IMG/VR virus record: IMGVR_UViG_3300031111_000006
Span: 1 to 33,591 of that record
Origin: a virus
Direction: 5' to 3' (one strand)
Length of the DNA stretch: 33,591 bases
Positions 16,773 through 25,102 of the stretch are shown piece after piece; the first letter of the stretch is position 1, and each line of letters begins with the position of its first letter. The notes below the pieces were generated by a model. It was not told where the DNA came from and did not search any database. It saw only the letters and a program-made list of their open reading frames with translations. A program made the position numbers and the translations under genes.

Positions 16773-17714
16773 ATGGCCTTTACCAAAATCGAGCATATCC
16801 TTGACCCGGAAATCTTGGCCGATCACGCCATGACCTATTTCCCCGACAAGGTTGCTTTCATTCAGTCCGGAGCCGTCCAGGTCGGGGGAACCGACATTGA
16901 GGAAGGCGGCCAATTTTTGACCATTCCCCGCTGGATGGCCAACGAGGACAAATTCGACGAAATTTCCGAGACCTCGGACCTGACGCCCAAAAAGGTCGAT
17001 GAAGATCCCGAATATGGGGTTGTCGTCCGCCGGGGTATTGCTTACGAGATCCTGGACACCGCCAGCCTGACAACGCTCGGAGATCCCAACAAACACGTTG
17101 CAAACAAGATTGCAAACCTGGCCGGCCGAACTGCAGACTATTCCCTGATTTCGGTCGCCGTCGGTGCCACTCCCGCCGCAAATACCCATGACATTGCCGT
17201 AGCAAGCGGCTCTCAGGTGTATTTCTCCGCCGAGCATTGTATCGATGCCATGGCCAAGGTCGGGGACGAAATGGACAACCTTGCCCTGATTATCATGCAC
17301 TCGACCGTTTACGCCCGATGTGTCAAAAACGACCTGATCGATTTCGAGAAGCCCTCCGAGGGGCCGGGTCGTATCCCGTATTTCCAGGGCCGCCGAGTGA
17401 TCGTCTCTGATCGTTGTCCGGTTGATACCACGACCCCGAATTACTACGAATACTCGACATTTTTGGTCGCCAACGGAGCCCTCCTCCTGGATTACCAGCG
17501 TAATCTCCTGGTTGAATTTGACCGGGACGTCCTGGCTCAGTCCGATATCATTGCCGCCTCAATGCACTATATCGCTCACCTTGTTGGTATGTCCTGGGAT
17601 ACCTCCGGCGGGGGCGGAAAGCCTGCAGAGGCGGCCCTCCGCACGACCTCCAACTGGAGCCTTGCGGCCGATGATGAAAAGGCCGTTGGTTGTGTCAAGC
17701 TGATTACCAACTGA
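16773..17714 (+). CDS. Major capsid protein
   Basis: 313 aa with a strong SD (TAGGAGG). Position after the scaffold. The sequence style (MAFTKIEHILDPEIL ... VGCVKLITN) is typical of HK97-fold coat proteins. The family was not verified. Confidence 0.7.
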   Translation: MAFTKIEHILDPEILADHAMTYFPDKVAFIQSGAVQVGGTDIEEGGQFLTIPRWMANEDKFDEISETSDLTPKKVDEDPEYGVVVRRGIAYEILDTASLTTLGDPNKHVANKIANLAGRTADYSLISVAVGATPAANTHDIAVASGSQVYFSAEHCIDAMAKVGDEMDNLALIIMHSTVYARCVKNDLIDFEKPSEGPGRIPYFQGRRVIVSDRCPVDTTTPNYYEYSTFLVANGALLLDYQRNLLVEFDRDVLAQSDIIAASMHYIAHLVGMSWDTSGGGGKPAEAALRTTSNWSLAADDEKAVGCVKLITN

Positions 17715-17731
17715 TTGAGAGGAGGTCCGTT

Positions 17732-18028
17732 TTGCTGTATAAGCGAATGGCTGAACGCCGGGCCAAGGCCCGGAAGGAAGCGCAGAAAGCCAAGGCCCCG
17801 GCCGACTCTCCCGAGGAATTCGTCCCGGCTGATTTCGACGACTTTACCGAAAAGGGCCTCAAAGCCCTCAAGGTCGGAGCGGAGCTCAAGCCGTTGGCCG
17901 AGCACCTGGGGATTGAGGGTTTCGACAAAATGAAGGGGGCCGACTTGGTTTCCGCCATCCTGGAAGTGAAACCCGAGGATCCCGAGGATCCCAAGGCCGA
18001 CCCGCCCGAGGAGCCCGAGGCCGAGTAA
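17732..18028 (+). CDS. Small acidic protein with a Rho-N/SAP-like helix-extended-helix motif (possible head decoration or accessory protein)
   Basis: SD GAGAGGAGG at 17717-17725 is 6 nt before TTG 17732. ATG 17747 is an alternative start. It contains LKALKVGAELKPLAEHLGIEGFDKMKGADLVSAIL and an acidic PE-rich tail. Confidence 0.5.
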   Translation: MLYKRMAERRAKARKEAQKAKAPADSPEEFVPADFDDFTEKGLKALKVGAELKPLAEHLGIEGFDKMKGADLVSAILEVKPEDPEDPKADPPEEPEAE

Positions 18029-18409
18029 ATGGCTCTTACGCTCTCCATAGTAGACCAAGACCTGAAAGAGGCCGCCGGACTCCTCGGCGGCCTCGACTCC
18101 CTCAAATGGGACGGAGAGACGGATTGGTCTAAGCTCATTGACGAGGGAATCGAGCAACTGGAGGATGATCTTGTCCAAATGGGCGTAGACCCTGACGACA
18201 TAGACGCCACGGATACCTCTCTTAAATCCGCCGCTACCTGGAAAGCCCTGGAATTGGTTTTTTTCGGTCTCATGCGGAGGGAGGGGGACCAATGGGATAT
18301 TCGTCGGGCTCGTTGTGCCGCCAACTACAAGGCCAAGCTCAAAAGGGCTATCATTACCCTTGAGGATGAGTCGGAGGTCCGGGTAAGTCAAACCCGGGTT
18401 ACCCGGTGA
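18029..18409 (+). CDS. Putative head-tail connector/adaptor protein (126 aa)
   Basis: Called from position (after the capsid genes) and size only. Confidence 0.4.
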   Translation: MALTLSIVDQDLKEAAGLLGGLDSLKWDGETDWSKLIDEGIEQLEDDLVQMGVDPDDIDATDTSLKSAATWKALELVFFGLMRREGDQWDIRRARCAANYKAKLKRAIITLEDESEVRVSQTRVTR

Positions 18410-18780
18410 GTAAATACTCGACAACCCGGGCCAATATCCAGACCATACTCGACGCCTTGGGGTATTCCGAAAGTGACTTTCCTCAAATCGAAGAGGATGC
18501 CCCGCTTTCTGACCTGACCGCAAAGGGTTACGCCTTTCGGCCTGCAAACCTTTCCCTATCTGAATCCCAGGCAACCCATTTGAGCGGAAATCTTGATTGG
18601 GATTTGGTCGTTATCGTAATCGATGAGGGCCGGACGCCTTCCATGATAGAGGATAGCGTTGACCGCTTGGAGACTGCCATTCAACAGATTTCAGCAAAAC
18701 AACCCATTCTCGGGGGCTCTCTTGAGCTCCAGGAGGATTTTCTCATTCTGGTTTTAACCGTAAGGACCGGGAGGCTATAA
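18406..18780 (+). CDS. Putative head-tail joining / tail completion protein (124 aa)
   Basis: GTG start overlapping the upstream stop (GTGA). Called from position only. Confidence 0.4.
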   Translation: MSKYSTTRANIQTILDALGYSESDFPQIEEDAPLSDLTAKGYAFRPANLSLSESQATHLSGNLDWDLVVIVIDEGRTPSMIEDSVDRLETAIQQISAKQPILGGSLELQEDFLILVLTVRTGRL

Positions 18781-19190
18781 TGGCCCTGACTTATACAAAA
18801 ACCTTTCATGGCCGAATGACGGCGGCTATCGGTACGAGTGCAATCTCTATTACGCCGCTCCTCAAGGAGGGCGTCCGCCTTTCGGTTGAAAGTATCGAGT
18901 CCGAGGTAAAACTCGCAGACGGCTCAGGTCGTACCCACATGACCGGCCGCAAACTTGTCCTGGAAATCAATTTCGACGAAATCCTGGATACCGATCTCGA
19001 CAATATCGAGGCAAAAAAGGGCGAAAACGTCGTCGTTACGTTCCTTGACAAAACAACCTATAACACTCTCACCATTAGCTCCGATGAAATCTTGACCCGG
19101 GTCGGGGATAACCGCTCGACGGTCAAGGTTATCAAATACGGAGCCGCCGACGCAGACATGAACGATATGTTTGCAATCACAACGGTTTAG
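18780..19190 (+). CDS. Putative major tail (tube) protein, paralog 1 (136 aa)
   Basis: Position after the connector genes. It shares the N-terminus MALTYTK, the same length and scattered identity (TPL, L.DG, EI, FLD, TLTIS) with the next ORF. Confidence 0.45.
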   Translation: MALTYTKTFHGRMTAAIGTSAISITPLLKEGVRLSVESIESEVKLADGSGRTHMTGRKLVLEINFDEILDTDLDNIEAKKGENVVVTFLDKTTYNTLTISSDEILTRVGDNRSTVKVIKYGAADADMNDMFAITTV

Positions 19191-19199
19191 GAGGTTACT

Positions 19200-19610
19200 A
19201 TGGCTCTCACTTATACCAAAGTCCTGACCGGCCCGGTGACCCTCTCCCTCGGTAGTACCTCCCCCCTGACCTATACCCCCCTCAATGGTGAGGCGGTAAA
19301 GATCAACGTCGAGGAGCGAATGGAAGAAACCCGTTTAGTAGACGGGAAAAAGATCGAGGACCAGGCGGGAATGGATCTCACTATCGAGGTCACCATTGAC
19401 GAAATCGCCACGGCTGACCATGCCACGATCAAGACCAAGGCCGCCGCCCAGGTTGATATCGAATTCCTCGACGTATCAACAACCCCGACCCTGACCATTT
19501 CCGCCCCGGATTCGGTCTCTGTTCATGTCCGGGACGGCAAGAGCGTCCTCCGGGTAATGAAATCCGTTGCCGCCGGCGGGACAATCGCCAACCTGTTATC
19601 AATCGCATAG
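19200..19610 (+). CDS. Putative major tail (tube) protein, paralog 2 (136 aa)
   Basis: Strong SD (TAGGAGG). Paralog of 18780-19190 (see that entry). Confidence 0.45.
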   Translation: MALTYTKVLTGPVTLSLGSTSPLTYTPLNGEAVKINVEERMEETRLVDGKKIEDQAGMDLTIEVTIDEIATADHATIKTKAAAQVDIEFLDVSTTPTLTISAPDSVSVHVRDGKSVLRVMKSVAAGGTIANLLSIA

Positions 19611-19622
19611 AGGAGGCTTCCA

Positions 19623-20924
19623 ATGAAACGCCTTTCCATTTTTCTCCTGATTTTTATGGCCCTGACTTCCTTCCTGATCGCTTCCGACCTGGACCAGCCG
19701 GAAAATCGACACGGCAATATCATTTCGGCCGACGAAATCGCCGACCTGTATCACATGATCAAGGGTGATTCGACTTTCGACAATATCAACATTAACGGAG
19801 TGATTGACGTCGGGAGTGATTCGGTCGTTGCTTTCCCCGATTCCGTTACGATTTCCGGCGTCCTGACAGCCGTAGAGCTCGACGTTGATTCCCTGACCGT
19901 TGACTCCCTCATTTCGGTCGAGTATGTCCTGGCTGATTCGGTTTCGATTGACACCCTTTTAACCGTTGCCGATATCGACGCCGACTCCGCCTCAATCGAT
20001 GAGCTTACTTCTGTCTACCTGGTGACCGATTCCGTCCTGGTTGATAGTTTTCTGACGGCTGAGTACCTGGTCGCCGATTCCGCCGCTCTTAGCTATGTCG
20101 ATGCAGATTCCGTTTTTGCCGACACCCTGGCCCTCACAGGCGGGGCGACGATTGCCGGAAAAACAACTCTGAGCGACACCCTTTCCTTGCCAAGTAGCGG
20201 GGTAATTGATTGGAATAGCGGGGACGTAACGATCACAAACAACGCCGCCGACCAATTGAAATTCGATGGTGCATGCTATGGTTTTAATACAGCACCCTCA
20301 GCAGGATATTTGCTCAAGCTAAACGCTCAAGCAAGTGATTCAAGGGCAATACACATTTATAAATCCGATGACGGTACGGGAGGCGGTCAACAATACGGAA
20401 TCAATATGGACGTAAATCATATGTCCGGCTCAACGACTCACCTTTACGGTCACTACTTAACAGGTGTTGGATCACAAGCGGGATCGCCCAAAACCGGGAC
20501 CATATCAAATTCGTATGGAATGTTTCTAAATCTTATTGGATCGGAAAATTCGGCCATTTCACGGAATGCCTATGGGATTTATGTAAACAAAGTGAGAGCC
20601 ATAAACAGCGATTCCGGTAATGATCATTATGCCTATGGAATTTATTTGGCGGACAACATTGTATCATCCGGCGGAGACAATAACTATGCCTATCCGATTT
20701 ATTCGGCGGCAACCGAGGGCAGTTATTTTGCCGGAGGACTTGAAACCGCCGGGACCGTAACCGCCGACTCTGTCTCAACTGGATCGCTGACCGTATCCTC
20801 TCCAGCCGTTCCCGGAGCGGCCAACGCCTCCGGGGTCGCCGGGACGGTCGCCTGGGATGCAGACTATATCTATATTTGCGTCTCTACGGACACCTGGAAA
20901 AGGGCCGAAATCTCTACTTGGTGA
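19623..20924 (+). CDS. Fibre-like beta-helical protein with an N-terminal signal peptide or membrane anchor
   Basis: Strong SD (AGAGGAGG). N-terminus MKRLSIFLLIFMALTSFLIASD. Repetitive (V/L)DS(L/V) segments. The C-terminal motif AWDADYIYICVSTDTWKRAEISTW resembles a motif I recall from phage fibre C-termini. Confidence 0.5.
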   Translation: MKRLSIFLLIFMALTSFLIASDLDQPENRHGNIISADEIADLYHMIKGDSTFDNININGVIDVGSDSVVAFPDSVTISGVLTAVELDVDSLTVDSLISVEYVLADSVSIDTLLTVADIDADSASIDELTSVYLVTDSVLVDSFLTAEYLVADSAALSYVDADSVFADTLALTGGATIAGKTTLSDTLSLPSSGVIDWNSGDVTITNNAADQLKFDGACYGFNTAPSAGYLLKLNAQASDSRAIHIYKSDDGTGGGQQYGINMDVNHMSGSTTHLYGHYLTGVGSQAGSPKTGTISNSYGMFLNLIGSENSAISRNAYGIYVNKVRAINSDSGNDHYAYGIYLADNIVSSGGDNNYAYPIYSAATEGSYFAGGLETAGTVTADSVSTGSLTVSSPAVPGAANASGVAGTVAWDADYIYICVSTDTWKRAEISTW

Positions 20925-20936
20925 TTCACAAAAACC

Positions 20937-21236
20937 ATGTTGAGACGCCTTTACCCGCTCCATTTCCCGCCCGGCTTCCATCATTGGTATATCGGGACCG
21001 CCCTCAAGCTCATAGCCTGGGGGCTGGTCCTTGCCGGTCGTCCGGTGATCGGTTTAGCCGTGCACTTGATTGGTCAGGCCATACGGGACGACGATTTTTA
21101 TCAACATACCGTCCAACTGACCGACCCCCATTACCGGAGCCCATTACATAGGCTTTACGGTCGGACGCTCTACCAAATCCCTCTCATTCAGAAAGTCAAT
21201 AAATGGGCTGACTCATTGCTCGGAAAGTCAACATAA
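20937..21236 (+). CDS. Membrane protein (99 aa, about 2 TM)
   Basis: Hydrophobic segments HWYIGTALKLIAWGLVLAG and VIGLAVHLIG. No clear SD. Confidence 0.45.
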   Translation: MLRRLYPLHFPPGFHHWYIGTALKLIAWGLVLAGRPVIGLAVHLIGQAIRDDDFYQHTVQLTDPHYRSPLHRLYGRTLYQIPLIQKVNKWADSLLGKST

Positions 21237-21248
21237 GGGTTGCCGAAA

Positions 21249-21518
21249 ATGCCCGAGTCTTTTCTTGTCGCCGTTGAAATTGCTACTCCCATTCTGACCC
21301 TTGCCGTAGGGGGCGGGGTCGGTTGGATCGCCCGACAACAACGCAAAAGCCACAACCGCCAAGAGTACACCAATGCCCGAATTGAAGCAATGGACTACGC
21401 CCTGGAGCATGCATTCAAAAACGGATATCGGAACCGGCGGGATTCCAAGCTGGAGCAACTTCTGAGTAAATCGGATTTCATAAACGGCCCAAGAGCCGAT
21501 GCTCCAGAGACCAACTAG
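21249..21518 (+). CDS. Single-pass membrane protein (89 aa); holin/antiholin or spanin-like candidate
   Basis: ATG 21249 (the tracked TTG at 21240 is less likely). N-terminal TM segment FLVAVEIATPILTLAVGGGVGWI followed by a charged tail. Adjacent to the hydrolase. Confidence 0.45.
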   Translation: MPESFLVAVEIATPILTLAVGGGVGWIARQQRKSHNRQEYTNARIEAMDYALEHAFKNGYRNRRDSKLEQLLSKSDFINGPRADAPETN

Positions 21519-21529
21519 AGGAGGTTGAT

Positions 21530-21916
21530 ATGACTCACCAACGACAGCAAGCCATTTATACCCTGATCATGGCCTTGCTTTTGGCTTTTGTTATTATCGG
21601 GGTTGCCGTCGAAGCCAATGGAGCTCCAGCCGACCCGGAGAGTCGGGACGTTGAGGTCCCTTATATCTTGGATGAGGTCCCCGGAGTCGGAGATCTGACC
21701 CAGGAGGAGGAGAATGTCGTTCTCCAGGATATTCTCGACCTGGTTTCCCTTTTGCCCTGGTTCCAAAAAATCGTTTCCTGGCTGGTAATCGCTCTCGCTG
21801 TTCTGGCCGTCCTCAACTATATCGCCCTCCTGACCCCTGTCCCCTGGGATGATGCGATTATCGGGCCGCTCTATACCCTTGTTACCCGCCTTTATCTCTT
21901 GTTGAGGCGTCGATGA
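21530..21916 (+). CDS. Multi-pass membrane protein (128 aa); holin candidate
   Basis: Strong SD. TM segments (AIYTLIMALLLAFVIIGVAV and IVSWLVIALAVLAVLNYIALL) and a basic C-terminus (RRR). ATGA overlap with the hydrolase gene. Confidence 0.5.
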   Translation: MTHQRQQAIYTLIMALLLAFVIIGVAVEANGAPADPESRDVEVPYILDEVPGVGDLTQEEENVVLQDILDLVSLLPWFQKIVSWLVIALAVLAVLNYIALLTPVPWDDAIIGPLYTLVTRLYLLLRRR

Positions 21917-22344
21917 TCAACGCTGAATCACTCCGAGCTCTAGCCGTCCGGTATGCCTGGAGCTTTATAGGGACGCCCTACGAATGGAGCGGGGACAATG
22001 CCCAGGGGGCCGATTGCTCCGGTTTCGTCGGAATGGTCCTCCGAGGGGTTGGCCTTATGCGAAACCGCCAGGATCTCAATTCAAAAGGGTTGTATAAGCG
22101 ATTTTGGGCCGGTTCAACGACCGAGACCCGACCGGGAAACCTTGTGTTTTACGGGAACCCCGACAGAGACGGAATCTCTCATGTCGGAATCTTCATTGAG
22201 GACGGGATTATCCTGGAGGCCGCCGGCGGGGGCTCGAAAACCAAAACCAAGGCCGACGCCGACCAGGATAACGCTTTTGTGAGGATGCGGCCCTATACCT
22301 ACCGGAAAGACCTGGTTGCAATCGTTGACCCATTCAAAGCGTGA
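21913..22344 (+). CDS. NlpC/P60-family cell-wall peptidase (endolysin candidate)
   Basis: The motifs GTPYEWSGDNAQGADCSGFV (catalytic Cys) and ISHVGIFIEDG (catalytic His) are typical of NlpC/P60. Confidence 0.85.
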   Translation: MINAESLRALAVRYAWSFIGTPYEWSGDNAQGADCSGFVGMVLRGVGLMRNRQDLNSKGLYKRFWAGSTTETRPGNLVFYGNPDRDGISHVGIFIEDGIILEAAGGGSKTKTKADADQDNAFVRMRPYTYRKDLVAIVDPFKA

Positions 22345-22359
22345 GAAAGGAGCGTGAGG

Positions 22360-22806
22360 ATGAAACGGAAGAAACATTTTATCAACGGGATTGCCTTCTA
22401 TCAAGAGGAGCTAACCCTTGCCCAGGACCTAAAGCTTTTAGAGCTCTTTGAGGGCGTTACCCTGGAGGGGGTGATTTCCGAAGGGGTAACGGGGGCTCTC
22501 CGGTATTTGATCAACAACAGGCTCCTAGATGAGTTTATGGATATTCTCCTCCGGGATCCAAACGGGAACCCGCCAGGTGATCGGGTTGATTGGATGCAGG
22601 GGAAAAACTCGGAGATCCTGGAGGTAATCGAGGGGTTTTTTTTTCTAAACAGGAAAGCGGCCGACTCGCTGAAAAGCTTTTCCCTCGGCGTCGATCTACG
22701 GGACCGGCTGATGAGCTTCTTGGCAAGCTGGATCAAATCGCAGAGGAAAACGCCCCCGCCGTCTATGAATCAAAAGCAATCGACGGAATCCAACGCCTCC
22801 TCCTAA
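22360..22806 (+). CDS. Tail assembly chaperone (gpG-like), zero-frame product
   Basis: ATG 22360 is 7 nt after SD AAAGGAG. About 148 aa. It sits immediately upstream of the tape measure gene and contains a T9 slippery run. Confidence 0.6.
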   Translation: MKRKKHFINGIAFYQEELTLAQDLKLLELFEGVTLEGVISEGVTGALRYLINNRLLDEFMDILLRDPNGNPPGDRVDWMQGKNSEILEVIEGFFFLNRKAADSLKSFSLGVDLRDRLMSFLASWIKSQRKTPPPSMNQKQSTESNASS

Positions 22807-22913
22807 GCCTGTCCGGGGGGGATCTCTGGAAAGCAAAAGAGATTGCCCGGACTACAACGGAAAGCGAGGCCCTCCGTTGGGTTGCAATGATGGAGAGAAG
22901 TAAGGAAAAATGA
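22360..22913 (+). CDS. Tail assembly chaperone, -1 shifted fusion product (gpGT-like, about 184 aa); shift at 22636-22644
   Basis: The -1 frame is open from before the T9 run to the stop at 22911-22913, which overlaps the tape-measure ATG (ATGA). The -1 frame peptide (LGKLDQIAEENAPAVYESKAIDGIQRLLLSLSGGDLWKAKEIARTT...) looks protein-like. Confidence 0.55.
22636..22644 (+). promoter_or_regulatory. T9 slippery run (GGG TTT TTT TTT C in the zero frame)
   Basis: Nine consecutive T, read in-frame as FFF. It lies in the overlap between ORF 22360-22806 and the -1 frame ORF that ends at 22913. Confidence 0.6.
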
Positions 22914-25102
22914 GTTTACAGCAGGTCGGCGTTGAGCTCCTCCTTGAGGACGATCAATATAAGCGACGGTTACACTCCGCCGATATGGAGGCCCAAAATT
23001 GGGCTCGGCGGGTCTCAACCACTTTTCAGCAAGTCGCCAACGTTGGCCAAAACGTCTTTTTCCTGATCAATGGCTTTCAGACCGCTTTCAATTTGGTTTC
23101 ATCGATTTTCGATAAACCGATTAGTGCCTCCTCCGATTTCGAGGAGACACTCTCAAAATTCAACGTTGTATTCGGCGACAATGCCGTAGAGGTCCGGAAA
23201 TGGGCTCAGGAATATGGAGACGCCGCCTCCGGGGTCGGCCGGGCCGAAACCGAGCTCCTTTCCATGCTTTCCACGCTCCAGGATACTTTTGTCCCCCTGG
23301 GGTTTTCCCGGGCCGAGGCCGCCGAGCTATCCAAGACCCTCACCGCCCTGGCCGTTGACGTTGCCTCATTCAATAACAAGCTCGACGCTGAGGTGATTGC
23401 GGATTTTCAGAGTGCCTTAGTTGGGAACCATGAAACCGTCCGGAAATACGGAATCGTCATAACCGAGGAAACGCTCAAGCGAGAGGCTCTCAATTCAAAA
23501 ATTATCGAGACCAAGCGAGAGCTCACCGCCGCCGAGAAGGTTCAAGCCCGGCTCAACCTGATTACCAAGGGAACAACCGACGCCCAGGGAGACGCCATTC
23601 GGACGGCTGAGAGCTACGCCAACACCTCCAAGCGTCTCGGGGCCGTTGTGACCGATACCGTTACCATACTCGGGGACCGTTTCACGCCGACGGCCGGCCG
23701 GGCAAAAAGCGGCCTGATTGACCTCCTCTATACCGTCCAGGATCTAATCAAGGTTCCACTTGAGGACAAAATCAGGGCCGAAATGATCGAATTCAATTCC
23801 CTGGCCCAGGCCGTTGCCGATGCCAATACGCCGGCCGGTGTCCGAGCGGAGTTAATCGATGAGCTGCAGGGGAAATTCGGGAAATATCTCGGTGACCTTG
23901 ATCTCGAAAAAGCCTCCTATGACGAAATAAAGGGAGCCATTGAGCAAGTAAACGCTCAACTGGAAAAGAAAATCAAGATTGCCGCCCTGGAGGAGGAGCT
24001 ATCCGGCTCCATGAGGACCCAGGTCCAGATCCAAAAAGAGATCAACGAGCAATCCCGGATAGCGTCTCAGGCCGACGAAAACGCTAGAGGGGCTCTTTCT
24101 AAAAAAATTGCGACGGGTTGGGCGTCGGTTCAACTCCAGGAGAGCCAGAGGAAAGCGGCCATTGAGTATTTAGACGGCGTAGGGGAATCAACCGAGGGGC
24201 TCGCAAACAATACTTTTCAAGTCGTAAATGAGCGGCTCGAATCCTATGCAAATCGCCAAAAGGGCTTGGCGACTGAGGCCCGAAATGGAATTCGGGGGCT
24301 GAATACTGACCTCCAGGAAACCCGAAACCAATATCAACAGCTTTATGATGAGCTCCAGTTTATCAAGCCTCCAGACATAGAACCGCCAGAAACCAAGTCC
24401 GGGGCGGCTGGTGACGAAACCAGGAAAAAAACGGACAATCAGAAAAAACTCGAATGGGAATATACCGAATGGCTCCGGGAGCAAGAGGAGGAGCGGCTTA
24501 AAAACCTGGAGAAGATCAAAGAGGAAGAAAAAGCCTTTTTGATCCAGGTTGATGAGGAGCAGGCGGAGCGTCGGCGGGATATTGCCGAGCGAGAGCTATC
24601 CGAGCGGCGGGATCAACTCCAGGAGCTCCAGGGCTTGGCCGTTGATATTGGCCAGGCCATGACAACGGGGTTTCATTACGAGGGGTTGAGGGGGGCTCTC
24701 AAGCAAGCCTTAATCGTCTACCTGTCATATCTGGAAAAACTGGTTTTGGCCTCCAAGGTAGAGGCCGGGATAAAAACCCTGTCCGGTGATTTTCTGGCTC
24801 TCGGGAAATTGGCCGGGATTGTCGTCGCTTTCGAGACGGCAAAAGCCTCCATTCTCAATTTTGCCGAGGGCGGTATTGTCCGAGCAAGCCAGGGGGGGAC
24901 CCTGGCCCGGATTGGTGAGGCTGGCCGGGATGAGGCCGTTATTCCCCTCGGGGCCGATAACGACCCGCTCCAAAACCTTCTGGCTGAGATCCAGGGACTC
25001 AGGTCTGATATGCGGAACGCTCCGCCTCAGATCCTCGGGACCAAAATCAAGGGAACCGATCTCGAATTGGTCCTTGAAAAGGTCGGGAGAGGTAAATTCT
25101 AA
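22910..25102 (+). CDS. Tail tape measure protein
   Basis: 730 aa. The N-terminal region (FQSALVGNHETVRKYGIVITEETLKREAL) resembles the TP901-type TMP core. It has a long coiled-coil centre and follows the chaperone pair. Confidence 0.85.
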   Translation: MSLQQVGVELLLEDDQYKRRLHSADMEAQNWARRVSTTFQQVANVGQNVFFLINGFQTAFNLVSSIFDKPISASSDFEETLSKFNVVFGDNAVEVRKWAQEYGDAASGVGRAETELLSMLSTLQDTFVPLGFSRAEAAELSKTLTALAVDVASFNNKLDAEVIADFQSALVGNHETVRKYGIVITEETLKREALNSKIIETKRELTAAEKVQARLNLITKGTTDAQGDAIRTAESYANTSKRLGAVVTDTVTILGDRFTPTAGRAKSGLIDLLYTVQDLIKVPLEDKIRAEMIEFNSLAQAVADANTPAGVRAELIDELQGKFGKYLGDLDLEKASYDEIKGAIEQVNAQLEKKIKIAALEEELSGSMRTQVQIQKEINEQSRIASQADENARGALSKKIATGWASVQLQESQRKAAIEYLDGVGESTEGLANNTFQVVNERLESYANRQKGLATEARNGIRGLNTDLQETRNQYQQLYDELQFIKPPDIEPPETKSGAAGDETRKKTDNQKKLEWEYTEWLREQEEERLKNLEKIKEEEKAFLIQVDEEQAERRRDIAERELSERRDQLQELQGLAVDIGQAMTTGFHYEGLRGALKQALIVYLSYLEKLVLASKVEAGIKTLSGDFLALGKLAGIVVAFETAKASILNFAEGGIVRASQGGTLARIGEAGRDEAVIPLGADNDPLQNLLAEIQGLRSDMRNAPPQILGTKIKGTDLELVLEKVGRGKF

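Noticed and set aside
16692-18574. Long antisense ORFs opposite the scaffold/capsid/connector genes: 16692-17300, 17576-18574 and 17704-18324, up to 332 aa
   Set aside because: They have low-complexity S/R/P/G-rich translations and no SD. They lie fully inside well-supported + strand structural genes. This is typical antisense open frames of codon-biased genes.
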